DNA of 64,000 nucleotides from Candidatus Altimarinota bacterium (GTDB lineage: Bacteria > Patescibacteriota > Gracilibacteria > BD1-5 > UBA6164), in NCBI GenBank assembly GCA_026988025.1, contig JALSMB010000008.1:1335-65334 (forward strand), in the 5' to 3' direction. A program made the translations under genes and the position numbers. Positions 1 to 12,485 of the stretch are shown piece after piece. The notes under the pieces are model-generated. The model did no database searches, was not told the DNA's origin, and saw nothing but the letters and a program-made list of their open reading frames with translations. The stretch's first letter is position 1, and each line of letters begins with the position of its first letter.

Positions 1-2000
1 TTATGTATAAATCAATGTGAATTAATACAGTTGATATGGTTATGGAAGATTCTGCTGTAAGATGAGTAGTTGTAGAAAAAACTAAGTCAGTTGAGTCTGT
101 ATGAAATGATTTAGAATATTCAAAAACTAATTCTCAAGTAGATTGAGTCGATGAATCTGATATTGTGAAAACAGATTGAAAGTACATTTATTATTATAAT
201 GAGTCTGATAAATATGTATATATTGTTGAAGTTGATTTACTAAATATTATTAAAAAAATTAAACTTCCTTCAAACTTTAATAGACCTGTATTATATATTT
301 GAAAAAACAGATTAACTATTATTTCAAATGGATATACAAATACAAATTATTCAAAATATAACTATTGGATTAATAGAAATGCAAAAACTTATACTATTGT
401 TTTTGATACTACAAATATAAAAAATCCTTCATTAGTTAAATTGTATGTATCTGATTGAAATTTAAAAAAATCAAGAAAAATTTGAGATTTAATATATGTA
501 ATAAGTAATAATAGTTTTAATATACCTTATAGAAATTTTAAATCAGTTGATGATATAAAAATAGATACAAATAAGCTTATTCCTAAAAAAATTGATATAA
601 GTAAAACATCTGATAAAGATAGACAAAATTTAAAATTGAGATGAATTAATCTACCTTATAATATTACTTCTTGAAATGTTGCTAAATGTAATGAGATAGA
701 ATACGTATTACCAGATACTGAAACGATGAAAAAATTTGATTTCAATCCTTCTTATAATATTATTTCAATTATTGATACTAAAAACACAGATAAAGAAGTA
801 AAAACTAAAGTTATAGCTGGGTCAAATGCTGAACTTTATATGAGTTTAGATAATATGTATTTAACTTCATATATGTACCAAAGTTATGATTTCAAATGTT
901 CTTCTAGGTTTAATTGTTTTATGCCTTGGTATTCTAGAGGGCAAAATACTCTTATTCATAAAATTAATGTTAATTGAAGTGATTTAAAATATCAAGATTC
1001 TACTATTATTCCAGGCTCTCCATTAACTCAATATAGTATGGATGAATATAAGTGAGATTTTAGAATTCTTACAAAGGTAAATAATTGGTCTAATAAATGA
1101 AATGAGAGACATACTAATTTATATATATTAGATAAAAATTTAAAATTAAAATGAAGTCTTAAAAATTTAGGTTCTGGTGAAGATTTTAAATCAAGTAGAT
1201 ATATTTGAAATAAGCTTTACCTTGTTACATTTAAACAAATTGACCCACTTTTTGTTATAGATATGTCTGATTCATCTAATCCAAAAGTTTTAGGTGAACT
1301 TAAAATTCCAGGTTACTCTACATATTTACATCCTTATGATGAAAATCATCTAATATGATTAGGATATGATACTACAATCAATAAATGGGGAGGTACTGTA
1401 AATAATGGTTTAAAGATAGACTTATATGATGTTTCAGATTTTAAAAATCCAAAACAAAAATATAGTTATACTTTATGAGAATATTGAAGTTATTCTGAAG
1501 CATTAACTAATCCTAGAATGTTTATGTGGAAAGCTTCTGATAATAAATTATTTTTACCTGCTACTTTATTTAAAAATGATGAGAATGATCAATATAGACA
1601 TGTAGATTTTTTCCAATGACTTGTTGTATTGGATATAGATAAAAATAACTGAATTAAAGAAGATTTTAGAATTACACATATAGATAAAGATGGTATTAAC
1701 GAAAAAAGAATAAAAGAATGTTCAAAATATATAGTCAAGAAAAATAAAGAACCTATATGTCATAAACTTTTAAATTGATGAGAATATTGTGAACCAGTTA
1801 GAAGTCAATATGTTCCAAAATATTGTTATGCTAATTCTACTATATGAGAATATATTGCATCAAGAAATTGGGAATATAGAAATAGTTTTGTTAAAAGAGC
1901 TCTATGGGTAGGTAATAATACTTATTCTATAAGTAATAATTTAATAAAAAGTACAGAAATAAGTACTTGAATTCAAACAGATAAAATTAAGTTAAAATAA
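1..2000 (+). CDS. Secreted beta-propeller domain protein (Beta_propel / COG4880-like); 5' end lies outside the window
   Basis: Frame 3 is open from the window edge to TAA 1998-2000 when TGA=Gly. Contains SSRYIGNKLYLVTFKQIDPLFVIDMSDSSNPKVLGELKIPGYSTYLHPYDENHLIGLGYD, the hallmark block of the Beta_propel family. Confidence 0.75.
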
Positions 2001-2011
2001 AATTTCTGAAC

Positions 2012-2048
2012 AATAAGGTTACTAATTAAGTTAGTGACCTTATTTTAT
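2012..2048 (+). terminator. Rho-independent terminator after the beta-propeller gene
   Basis: Inverted repeat aataaggttactaa / ttagtgaccttatt (one G-U pair) with a 5-nt loop and a T-rich tail, 12 nt after the stop. Confidence 0.6.
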
Positions 2049-2129
2049 GTTAAAAACTAAATCATTTAATTTGATTTTTATTTTTATATGTATATACTCT
2101 CCGCGAAAAATTAATATTTAACTTAATTT

Positions 2130-2930
2130 ATGCAAAATATAATAAATGACATGTTAGTTTGGCAAGCTAGTTTTACAGGACTTTTATTTGAAGTCTGAAT
2201 AATTGCTCTACTTTATATAGGTTATAAATTTTTTCCTAAAAGTGGTATTGTTATAATGTTTGAATTATTTTTCGAAAAAGCATATGAGTTTTTCGAAGAT
2301 ATACTTTGAAAAGATGAAAAGAAATGGATAAAAATGTATATTATAGGTATGTTTTTTATAATAGTTTTTTCAAATCTTTTATGAGTTTTTTTAGAATTTC
2401 TAACACCTGTGTTTTGACATTCTATGGAAGAATTTATAAAAATACCAACGGCTGATATTAACTTTAATATAGCTATGGCAGTTGTATGAGTTATAATTGT
2501 TATATTAGAACAATTTAAGGCTTTGTGATTTTGGAAGGCTATACATGAATATGTTCCAATTAAATGAAAAGATTTAATTCCTTTTGAAAGATGAAATCTT
2601 CCATTTGCTGTAGATTGGTTTGTATATATATTGGTAAAGTTTTTTGATATAGCTATATCAATGTTCTTATGAGTATTAGAAATAGTTGGTCACGCTGCAA
2701 AAGTTATTTCATTATCATTTAGGTTATTTTGAAATATGACATCAGGGGGAATATTATTAGCAATGTTGATATGAGGAGTGTCTGCTCTGACAACTTCATT
2801 GGTAGGTATAGAGTTTCCAATTATTTGACCTGTAATATTATATTTACAAGAATTACTTGTTGCTTTTATACAAGCATTAGTATTTCCATTATTGGTAGCA
2901 ATTTTTATTAAAGTTGCAAAAGTGCATTAG
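2130..2930 (+). CDS. atpB: F0F1 ATP synthase subunit a
   Basis: ATG 2130, TAG 2928-2930. Polytopic hydrophobic protein with AAKVISLSFRLFGNMTSGGILLAML (stator Arg in RLFGN; that Gly is a TGA codon). First gene of the atp operon. Confidence 0.9.
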
Positions 2931-2969
2931 TAAAATATTTTAAACAATTTAATTTTATAATTTATATAT

Positions 2970-4304
2970 ATGGATTTATTGAATTACGTATGACCTGGTT
3001 TAGCGGTATGACTTGCATGAGTATGAGTTGCAATTGGTCAATGAATGTTAGCTAAAAAAGCTATGGAAGTTATGGGTAAAAATAGTTCTTTAACTAGTTT
3101 TTACTTAACAATAACAATATTAGGTATAGCATTAGTAGAATCAGCAGTTATATACTGATTAGTAGTTGCTTTTCAATTAATAGGTTCACCTGATTTATCT
3201 CTTTCTTCTTCAATTTGAGCATGATTAGCTATTTGATTAGCTTGAATGTGAGCTTGAATCTGAGAATGATTTGTTATAGCTTGAGCATTGGATGCAATCG
3301 ATAGAAGACCAGAAATAAAATGAAAAATAATGAGTTTTATGGTTCTATTTGTAGCATTAGTAGAAGTAGTTGCAATATATGGTTTAATTATTGCATTTAA
3401 AATAATTGCTGATGGATGAGAATGAATTACTCATATATGAGCATGATTAGCAGTATGACTTGCGTGAGTATGAGTTGCAATTGGTCAATGAATGTTAGCT
3501 CAAAGATCTATGGAAGTTACTTCTAAGACTCCAGAACTTACTACTTTTTACTTAACAATAACTATATTAGGTATAGCATTAGTAGAATCAGCTGTTATAT
3601 ACTGATTAGTAGTTGCTTTTCAATTATTAGGAGCTGATACTGTATCATATTATGGAGCTATTTGAGCATGATTAGCTATATGATTAACTTGATTAGGTGC
3701 ATGAGTATGAGAATGACAATTAATAGCAGGTGCTTTATCTTCAATGAATAGAAATCCAGCAATTAAGGGTAAGTTAATGACATTTATGGTATTGTTTGTA
3801 GCTTTAGTTGAAGTTACTGCAATATATGGTTTAATTATTGCATTTAAAATTATAGATGGTTGAGTTACTGAACCACTATATGCAGTATGAGCATGATTGG
3901 CTATTTGATTAGCTTGATTATGAGTTGGTATTTGAAGATGATATATGTCTGAAAAATCACTTGAAGTAATGGGAAAAAATCCAAAAATGATTTCATTTTT
4001 CTTAACAGTATCTATTCTTTGAGTAGCACTTATTGAATCTGCTGCAATATATGGTTTAATCGTAGCATTTCAAATATTATCTTTTACTTGACCAGTAGCA
4101 GCTGCTGTTGCGGCATGATTAGCGATTTGATTTACAGGGTTAGGTGCTTGATTAGGTGAATGATTACTTATAAAATGAGCAATGGATGCAATGAACAATG
4201 ATCCAGAAGCTAAGGGTAAGATAATGGCATTTATGGTATTATTTGTAGCTTTAATTGAAGTAGTTGCAATATATGGTTTAATTATTTCATTCCAAGTATT
4301 GTCT
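2970..4304. repeat. Intragenic tandem triplication (about 447-450 bp unit, two c hairpins per unit)
   Basis: Units 1 and 2 are near-identical over long stretches (3003-3053 vs 3450-3500; 3099-3179 vs 3546-3626). Unit 3 (about 3879-4304) is clearly homologous but diverged. Confidence 0.85.
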
Positions 4305-4484
4305 CCTGTAAAAGATGTAGTTGAAGATATATCTGTTGTTGAAAATAATAAATGAGATATAGTTGAAGTTATTGATATTAAAGAAGAAATAAATAATAAT
4401 GAAATTGAAAAAGTTGTAGAAATTGTAACTTCTACTTGAATAACTAGTAATGAAAATACTTGAAGTATTGAACAAACTAAATAA
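2970..4484 (+). CDS. atpE: F0 subunit c, six c-type hairpins fused in one 504-aa polypeptide plus an acidic C-terminal tail
   Basis: ATG 2970, TAA 4482-4484, with no TAA or TAG in between. There are six repeats of a GxGxGxGxG helix-1 motif and an L(V/I)E(S/V)xAIYGL helix-2 motif, with carboxylates E57, E132, E206, E281, E356 and E430. Lies between atpB and atpF. Confidence 0.85.
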
Positions 4485-4505
4485 TTTAAAATTTAATTTA
4501 TATAT

Positions 4506-4979
4506 ATGGATGATTTAAATGTAGCTGTTATATTGGCTCAATTTATAAATTTCTGAATAGTCTTCTTCATTTTTTATTACTTTTTAGGTAAAACAATTGT
4601 TAAAACAATTGAAGAAAGAAGATCACAAATAGAAAACTTAGATAATTCTGAAGATGTTGTTAGAGAAAAACTTGAAGCAGCACAAGAAGAAGCTAAGGAA
4701 ATAATTAATGAGGCTAGAAAAAATGCTTCAGATATGCAAAAAAATGCTGATGAATTATCTAAAAGAGATACGGCAGCTAAATTAAAAATTGCTGAAGAAA
4801 AAGCAGAATGAATTATGAATTCAGCAAAAAGAGATATTGAAAAAGAAAGATTAAGTATGATTGAATCAATGAAGAAAAAAGTTCTTGATTTATCATTAAA
4901 AATCAATTCTAAAGTTTTTGATAATAAAGATAATAATAAAGAATTTATATCTAAAGAAGTTAATTCTATAAAACTATAA
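4506..4979 (+). CDS. atpF: F0 ATP synthase subunit b
   Basis: N-terminal TM helix (VAVILAQFINFGIVFFIFYYFLG) followed by a long charged coiled coil (EERRSQIENL...EEAKEIINEARKNA...). Operon position after atpE. Confidence 0.85.
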
Positions 4980-4982
4980 AAT

Positions 4983-5330
4983 ATGCAAAATCTAGAATGA
5001 TTAGATAAAGCTGAGTTAGAGGAACTTTTAAAAGATTTAAAAGTTTATAATGACTTAATTAAAAAAGTTTGAAAAAGATGAAAAGATATTTTCAATAATA
5101 AATTTAATTGAATTAATCAATATTCAGTTGAATATTACGGAGATATGGATGAATCTTATATTCTATCAGAAGCTAAGAAAATTTATAAAAAAATGTTTAA
5201 TATTGATGTTGCTGACGTTGATATTAAATTAATAAAGAATGAAAAAATAAAATGAGGAATGAAAATTTATCTAAATGATAATTTAGTTGATATGAGTTTC
5301 TTAAAATTTTACAATATGTTGAATAAATAA
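4983..5330 (+). CDS. atpH: F1 ATP synthase subunit delta (OSCP), unusually short at 115 aa
   Basis: Sits between atpF and atpA. C-terminal block KIKGGMKIYLNDNLVDMSF matches the conserved delta C-terminus (GG..i..gd.v.D.S). Confidence 0.65.
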
Positions 5331-5359
5331 TTTAATTTTATTATTAATAACTAATAATT

Positions 5360-6865
5360 ATGTCTAACGATTTACTTAATAATATCATAAGTGAAGTTGA
5401 AAAAAAATTAGACTCGACTTCTGTTAATCCAGAAATCGAAAATGTCTGAGAAGTTTTCTATTTATGAGATGGTGTTGCAAAAGTTTCTGGTTTAAGAAAT
5501 GTTGCTTACAATGAATTAGTTGAATTTGAAAGCGGTGCAGTTTGAGTTGCTCTTAACTTAGAAGAACATTATGTATGAGTAGTTATACTTTCAGGATTTT
5601 TATCTATTAAAGAAGGTGAAAAAGCTAAAGCTACTGCTAAAACATTAGAAGTTCCAGTTTGAAAAGGTCTTGTTGGTAGAGTAGTTGATGCACTTGGTAA
5701 TCCAATTGATGGATTAGGTGAAATGAAATCTACTGAAAAATACCCAATTGAAAGAGTAGCTACTGGTGTAATGGATAGAAAATCTGTACATGAACCAATG
5801 GAGACAGGGCTTAAAGCAATTGATGCACTTGTACCAGTTGGTAGAGGACAAAGAGAGCTTATTATCGGTGATAGGCAAACAGGTAAAACTCAAGTAGCTA
5901 TTGATGCAATTTTAAATCAAAAAGGTAACGGTGTAACTTGTGTTTATGTTGCTATTGGTCAAAAAGAAGCAAAAGTTGCTAGAGTAGTTGAAGAATTAAG
6001 AGCTAGAGGAGCAATGGATTATACTATTGTTGTTGTTGCTTGAGCTTCTGATCCAGCTTCAATGCAATATTTAGCTCCATATGCAGGTTGTGCGATGGCT
6101 GAATACTTTATGTTTAATAAAGGACATTCTTTAATTATATATGATGATTTAACTAAACAAGCAAATGCTTATAGAGAGATGTCATTGTTATTAAGAAGAC
6201 CACCAGGTAGAGAAGCTTACCCATGAGATGTTTTCTATCTTCACTCTAGATTATTAGAAAGATCTTCTAAATTAAATGATGAATTAGGTAATGGTTCAAT
6301 GACTGCACTTCCAATTATTGAAACTCAAGCTTGAGATGTATCTGCATATATTCCAACAAATGTAATTTCAATTACAGATGGTCAAATATTTTTAGAATCA
6401 GATTTATTTAATTCAGGTCAAAAACCAGCAATTAATGTATGATTATCAGTTTCAAGAGTATGAGGTGCTGCACAAATTAAAGCAATGAAAAAAGTATCAG
6501 GTACTTTGAAATTAGATCTTGCTCAATATAGAGAGTTAGCTGCATTTTCACAATTTGCTTCTGATTTAGATCCAGCTACTAGAGCTCAACTTGAAAGAGG
6601 TGAAAGAATGATGGAATTATTAAAACAAGGTGTATTTGAACCAGTTTCTGTTGCAAAACAAACTTGTGTAATGTATGCTTGAGGTAAAGGTTTCTTTGAT
6701 AAAATTGAAGTTTCTAAAATTAAAAAAGCTGAATCAGATTTATATTTAAGTCTTGATGAAGAAAAAACAATTATTGAAAGTATATCTAAAGATGGTAAAA
6801 TGTCTGAAGATGCTGAAAATAAATTAAAAGATGTTATAGCTAAAGTAGTTGAACTTAATAAATAA
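5360..6865 (+). CDS. atpA: F1 ATP synthase subunit alpha
   Basis: [14 protein letters not shown]-loop, [21 protein letters not shown] (Gly = TGA 6224-6226) and [24 protein letters not shown]. Confidence 0.97.
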
Positions 6866-6873
6866 TTTTTATC

Positions 6874-7779
6874 ATGGCAAATTGAAAAGAAATCAAAAGA
6901 AGAATCTGATCAATTAAAAATACAGCAAAGATAACTAAAGCTATGGAGCTTATTTCAACTGTAAAGATGAAAAAAGCTCAAGATTTAGCTCTTGAAAAGA
7001 AAGAATATATTACTTGAATACTTAAAGTAGTTGAAAATCTAAATGATAGTCTTTCTGAAAATGTATTTTTTGAATGAGTGGAGAATCCTTCTAAAACACT
7101 TTGAATTATTATTACTTCAAATAAATGATTATGTTGAGGTTATAATATAAATGTAATGAAAAAAGTTAATGAATATATGAAGTTAAATGATGAGCAAATA
7201 GATTTTGTTTCTCTTTGAAAAAGAGGGTCACAATTTATTGCTAGAACAGGGAATAAGATTATTGCTGATTTTTCTGAAGACTTTACTGATAATATTGATT
7301 ATTCTTTTTCGAAAAATGTATCTAGATTTATTAGTGAAAAATTTTCTACTGAAGGATATGATAAAGTTGTTATTTTTTATAATTATTATAAAAATACAAT
7401 TACTCAAATTCCTGTAGCTAGACAATTTTTACCTTTAACTGATAGAGGAATAGAAAAATATTTTGAAGCAATACTTTGAGATGAGTATAAAAAATCTGAA
7501 AATATTAAATCTTCATATAAGTATACTGTTGAGCCAACAGTTGAAGAATTAGTAGATGAAGTTTTACCAATGTTAATAGATTCAATGTTTTATGATATTT
7601 TGATTGAATCAAAAGCGTCAGAGCATAGTTCTAGAATGATTGCAATGAAGAATGCTAAAGATAATGCAAATAAATTTGCATCTAAATTACAACTTCAATA
7701 CAACAAGGCTAGGCAAGCATCTATAACAAAAGAAATTTCTGAAATTGTAGGTTGAGTTGAATCTATGAAAGATATGTAA
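6874..7779 (+). CDS. atpG: F1 ATP synthase subunit gamma
   Basis: N-terminus [36 protein letters not shown] and C-terminus [16 protein letters not shown], both canonical gamma termini. Confidence 0.93.
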
Positions 7780-7857
7780 CAATTAGAACTACAAAATATC
7801 TTTACAAATTCTAGATTTATTATAAAATAAAGAAGTTTATTTAAATAAAAATTATTT

Positions 7858-8205
7858 ATGAAAATTAAATTATATAGAATTATATTAAATATTTTATTTT
7901 ACGTATTTTACGTAATAGTAGTTTCAATTTCATTTTCTTTCATTTTTCCTACTATTCTTGTTATCTTATGACAAGATGTAATTGCTCCAAATAATCCTAT
8001 TTTTGATACTATACAAATAATAATAATAATCTTAGTTTTACTTATAAGTTTATTATTTAGAAGATTCTTTTATTTACCAATAAGAGAAAAAAATAAGATT
8101 AAAAAAGAATTAGAATTTAAAAAGTATGAAAAAAAAGATAAAAAAATAGAAGAAATAAATGATGAATTATGACTTGATATAAAAATAGGGAAAGAAATAA
8201 AATAA
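7858..8205 (+). CDS. Hypothetical small membrane protein inserted between atpG and atpD
   Basis: 115-codon ORF with two hydrophobic segments (ILNILFYVFYVIVVSISFSFIFPTILVIL; IQIIIIILVLLISLLF) and a Lys/Glu-rich tail. No family recognised. Confidence 0.5.
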
Positions 8206-8235
8206 TTAAAATTTTAAAAATTAATTTTGCAAAAA

Positions 8236-9636
<1,401 letters not shown>

Positions 9637-9650
9637 TTAATTATAAAATT

Positions 9651-10079
9651 ATGAAATTAGAAATATTATCATTTACATGAAACTTATTTAGATCTGAAAC
9701 TGTAGAAGAGGTTACTGCTATGACTAAAGTTGGTGAGATTACTATTTTAGATAATCATACTCCTTTAGTTACTGTTTTAAAACCTTCTATTATTAGTGTT
9801 ATTTATACTGATGAATCTTGAGTTAAATCTGAAAAAGATTTTGCAATAGGTTGAGGTGTTTTAGAAGTATCTGATTCTTCTATAAAGGTTTTAATTGATA
9901 TGTTAGTATCAATTGATGATGTTGATGTTGATGCTGCTGAAAAAGCTAAAAAAGATGCTTTAGCTATGATGGAAAAATTCAAAGATGCTAAGGATAAAGT
10001 TGATATGGAAAAATTCATTGAAGCTGAAGATATGCTAATGAAATCAGTTGCTAAACTTAAGTTAAGTGAGATAAAATAA
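9651..10079 (+). CDS. atpC: F1 ATP synthase subunit epsilon
   Basis: MKLEILSFTGNLFRSETVEEVTAMTKVGEITILDNHTPLVTVLKP, followed by a helical C-terminal domain. Last gene of the operon. Confidence 0.85.
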
Positions 10080-10080
10080 T

Positions 10081-10113
10081 AACTACAAAAAAGATTTGTA
10101 GTTATTTTTTTTT
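10081..10113 (+). terminator. Rho-independent terminator of the atp operon
   Basis: aactacaaa / tttgtagtt stem with a 5-nt loop, followed by a T9 run. Confidence 0.8.
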
Positions 10114-10154
10114 GAGTATAATTTTTATAGATTTATATATTAAATAATTATTAT

Positions 10155-10730
10155 ATGGAAGCATTTTTAAATGAGGTTGTAGATGGGGAAAAATTTGAAT
10201 TAACTATTGATACTAAAATTTTTAGTAAAGAAATAGTTTTAAAAACTGCTTATGTTTTTTTAGATAGATGATATTTCTTTTTTAAAATGGATAATAATTG
10301 AAATATAATTTTACAATTTACTAGAAAGGAAGAAAATAAAGAAGATCCTAAAAAAATAATTACTGATTTTGCTGACGAGTTATTATCTACATTATTAAGA
10401 GATACCCTTGAAAAGGATAATAAAGATATAAGAGAAAAAATTGTTTGAGCAGCTATAGCTAATAGCTTAGATTCAAATTGATTTACTTCTATTGATACTG
10501 ATAACATGTGAAATAATCAAGAAAATAATCAAATAGATTTTGATAAAGATATTGATGAAATATTAAAAGAAATAGAAAATGATCCTGAATTAAAAATAGA
10601 TGAGGAAGAAATAGAAAAGATACTTAGAGAGATAGAAGAAGAGACAGAGAATGAAATTGAAGAAATTAAACCCAATATTACAATAGATCCGGAGGCTGTA
10701 AAAAAAGCTAAAGAAAATTTTAAGAAATAG
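10155..10730 (+). CDS. hxsD: HxsD-like protein with an acidic C-terminal extension
   Basis: About 100-aa N-terminal domain with FADELLSTLLRDTLEKDNKDIREKI, resembling the LLNDYxLRE signature of His-Xaa-Ser system protein HxsD. Lies directly upstream of HxsB and HxsA. Confidence 0.55.
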
Positions 10731-10786
10731 AAAAAATATAATCTATTTCCTTTTTAAAAGGAATATATATAAGATAATAAAAAAAT

Positions 10787-10981
10787 ATGAAAAAAAAGTT
10801 TGAAATAAATATAGATATTTATTCTGAAGATATTATAAATCAAACAATTTGAGATTTTGAAGAAATATCTGAAATAAAATATACAGATAATAATTTAGAA
10901 ATACATTGAAGTTCTGAATCAGAAATTAATGAAATTTTTAATGAGTTTATGAATTATGTAATTTGATTAATTAACGAATAA
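10787..10981 (+). CDS. Small HxsD-like / hypothetical protein (64 aa)
   Basis: MKKKFEINIDIYSEDIINQTIGDFEEISEIKY...EINEIFNEFMNYVIGLINE. Same beta-then-helix layout as the preceding gene, and context only. Confidence 0.35.
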
Positions 10982-10987
10982 ATAAAA

Positions 10988-12469
10988 ATGTTAAATTTAG
11001 AAAAAATAAAATGATTAAATAAAAATACTGGTTTTTTTAGATTTAAACCATTTTGAAATGATTATTTAATTACTAATGATATAGCTAAACATGCTTTTTT
11101 AACTAAAAAAGAGTTTGGTGATTTTATTATGTGAAAAATAACTGAATGAGAAAAATATGAAGAATTATTAAATAGATGATTCATAAAAAATGATAAATAT
11201 AAAGCAAGCATGGCTTTGGCTTATGCTAAAAAAAATGAATTTTTATGATATGGACCTAGTCTTCATATAATTGTAACTACTTTAAGATGTAATCACAAGT
11301 GTCAATATTGTCATGCGGCTGTTGCTCCAATGTCAGCTAAAGAAATGGATATGACAGAGAAAACTGCAAAAAAAGTAGTTGATACTATTTTTTATACTTC
11401 TAATCCGAGTTTAACTATAGAATTTCAATGATGAGAAGCATTAGTTAATTGGAATGTTGTTAAATATATAGTAGAGTATGCAGAGACAAAAGCAGTTCAT
11501 TTGAAGAAAAATTTAAGTTTTGCTTTAGTTACAAATCTTACTTTGATGGATGATGAAAAACTAGATTATATTATTGATCATAATATATGATTATCGACAA
11601 GTCTTGATTGAGATGAAGAAACTCATAATTTTAATAGAACTTTTAAAGATTGAAATAGTTTCGAACAGGTGACTTATTGGATAAAAAAAATAAATAAAAG
11701 ATTTGAAGTAGAATGAATTAAGCAAAAAATATGAGCATTATTAACAGTTTCTAAAAGAACTCTATCAAAGTATAAAGAAGTTATTGATACTTATGTAGAG
11801 TTAGGACTTGATTGAATATTTTTAAGACCATTAAATCCTTATGGGTTTGCTGCTGCAGATTTAGAAAAGCTATGATATGAACCAGAAGAATTTATAGAGT
11901 TTTATAAAAAATCTATGGATTATATTATAGAACTTAATAAAAAATGAATAAAATTTAGAGAAGCTATGTCTTGAATATATTTATCTAAAATTTTAACTGA
12001 TAAAGATCCTAATTATCTTGATGAAAGAAGTCCCTGTTGAGCTTGTATTTGACAAGTAGCTTATAACTTTGATTGAAAAATATATTCATGTGATGAAGGA
12101 AGAATGCTTGGAAGAATGTGAGATGATAATTTTAAAATGTGAAAATTAGAAGAAACTTGAGAAGAAACATATAAAAAAATGATAGATTCTGAAACAACAA
12201 AAATTATGGTTCAAGCATCTACTCTTGATTGACTTCCATGATATAATGATAGTGTTTATAAACCATATATTTGAGTCTGTCCAATACATTCATATAAATC
12301 AACAGGTAATATAATTCCAAATTATTCTAAAGATGAAAAAAGAATATTAGGTCATAGTATACTTGATTATTTATTTGAAAATATTAGAATAGAAGAAAAT
12401 AAAAATATTTTTAAGGATTGGTTAGGTATGGGAGATAATTCTGTCACTAGTCAATGTGAATCAATTTAA
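10988..12469 (+). CDS. hxsB: Radical SAM/SPASM maturase, HxsB-like
   Basis: TTLRCNHKCQYCHA (CxxxCxxC), FQGGEALV, and C-terminal SPASM-type cysteines (SPCGACIGQVAYNFDGKIYSCDEGR ... IGVCPIHSY). Immediately precedes the His-Xaa-Ser repeat peptide. Confidence 0.75.
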
Positions 12470-12485
12470 TTTTTAATTTAATTAT

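Noticed and set aside
2049-2129. A possible atp operon promoter (ttgatt ... tatatg / tatact) upstream of atpB.
   Set aside because: Several equally plausible -35/-10 pairings exist in this AT-rich spacer, so I could not single one out with acceptable spacing.
2970-4484. The multi-copy c subunit could be an assembly artefact, meaning a tandem duplication of reads.
   Set aside because: The idea is not fully excluded, but the three units are not identical. Unit 3 is clearly diverged and has R323. All junctions keep the frame, and a unique acidic tail follows. A simple assembler duplication would give identical copies. Long-read confirmation is still recommended.
4577-4906. Antisense ORFs in the track: 4577-4906, 9803-10018, 10250-10507, 14340-14615, 43061-43273, 44862-45122, 59671-60006 and 60265-60450.
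   Set aside because: Each lies opposite a well-supported gene (atpF, atpC, the hxsD-like gene, the HemN-like gene, rpoD, dnaG, the 59608 ORF and the toxin gene). They have low-complexity composition and are shadow ORFs typical of AT-rich DNA.
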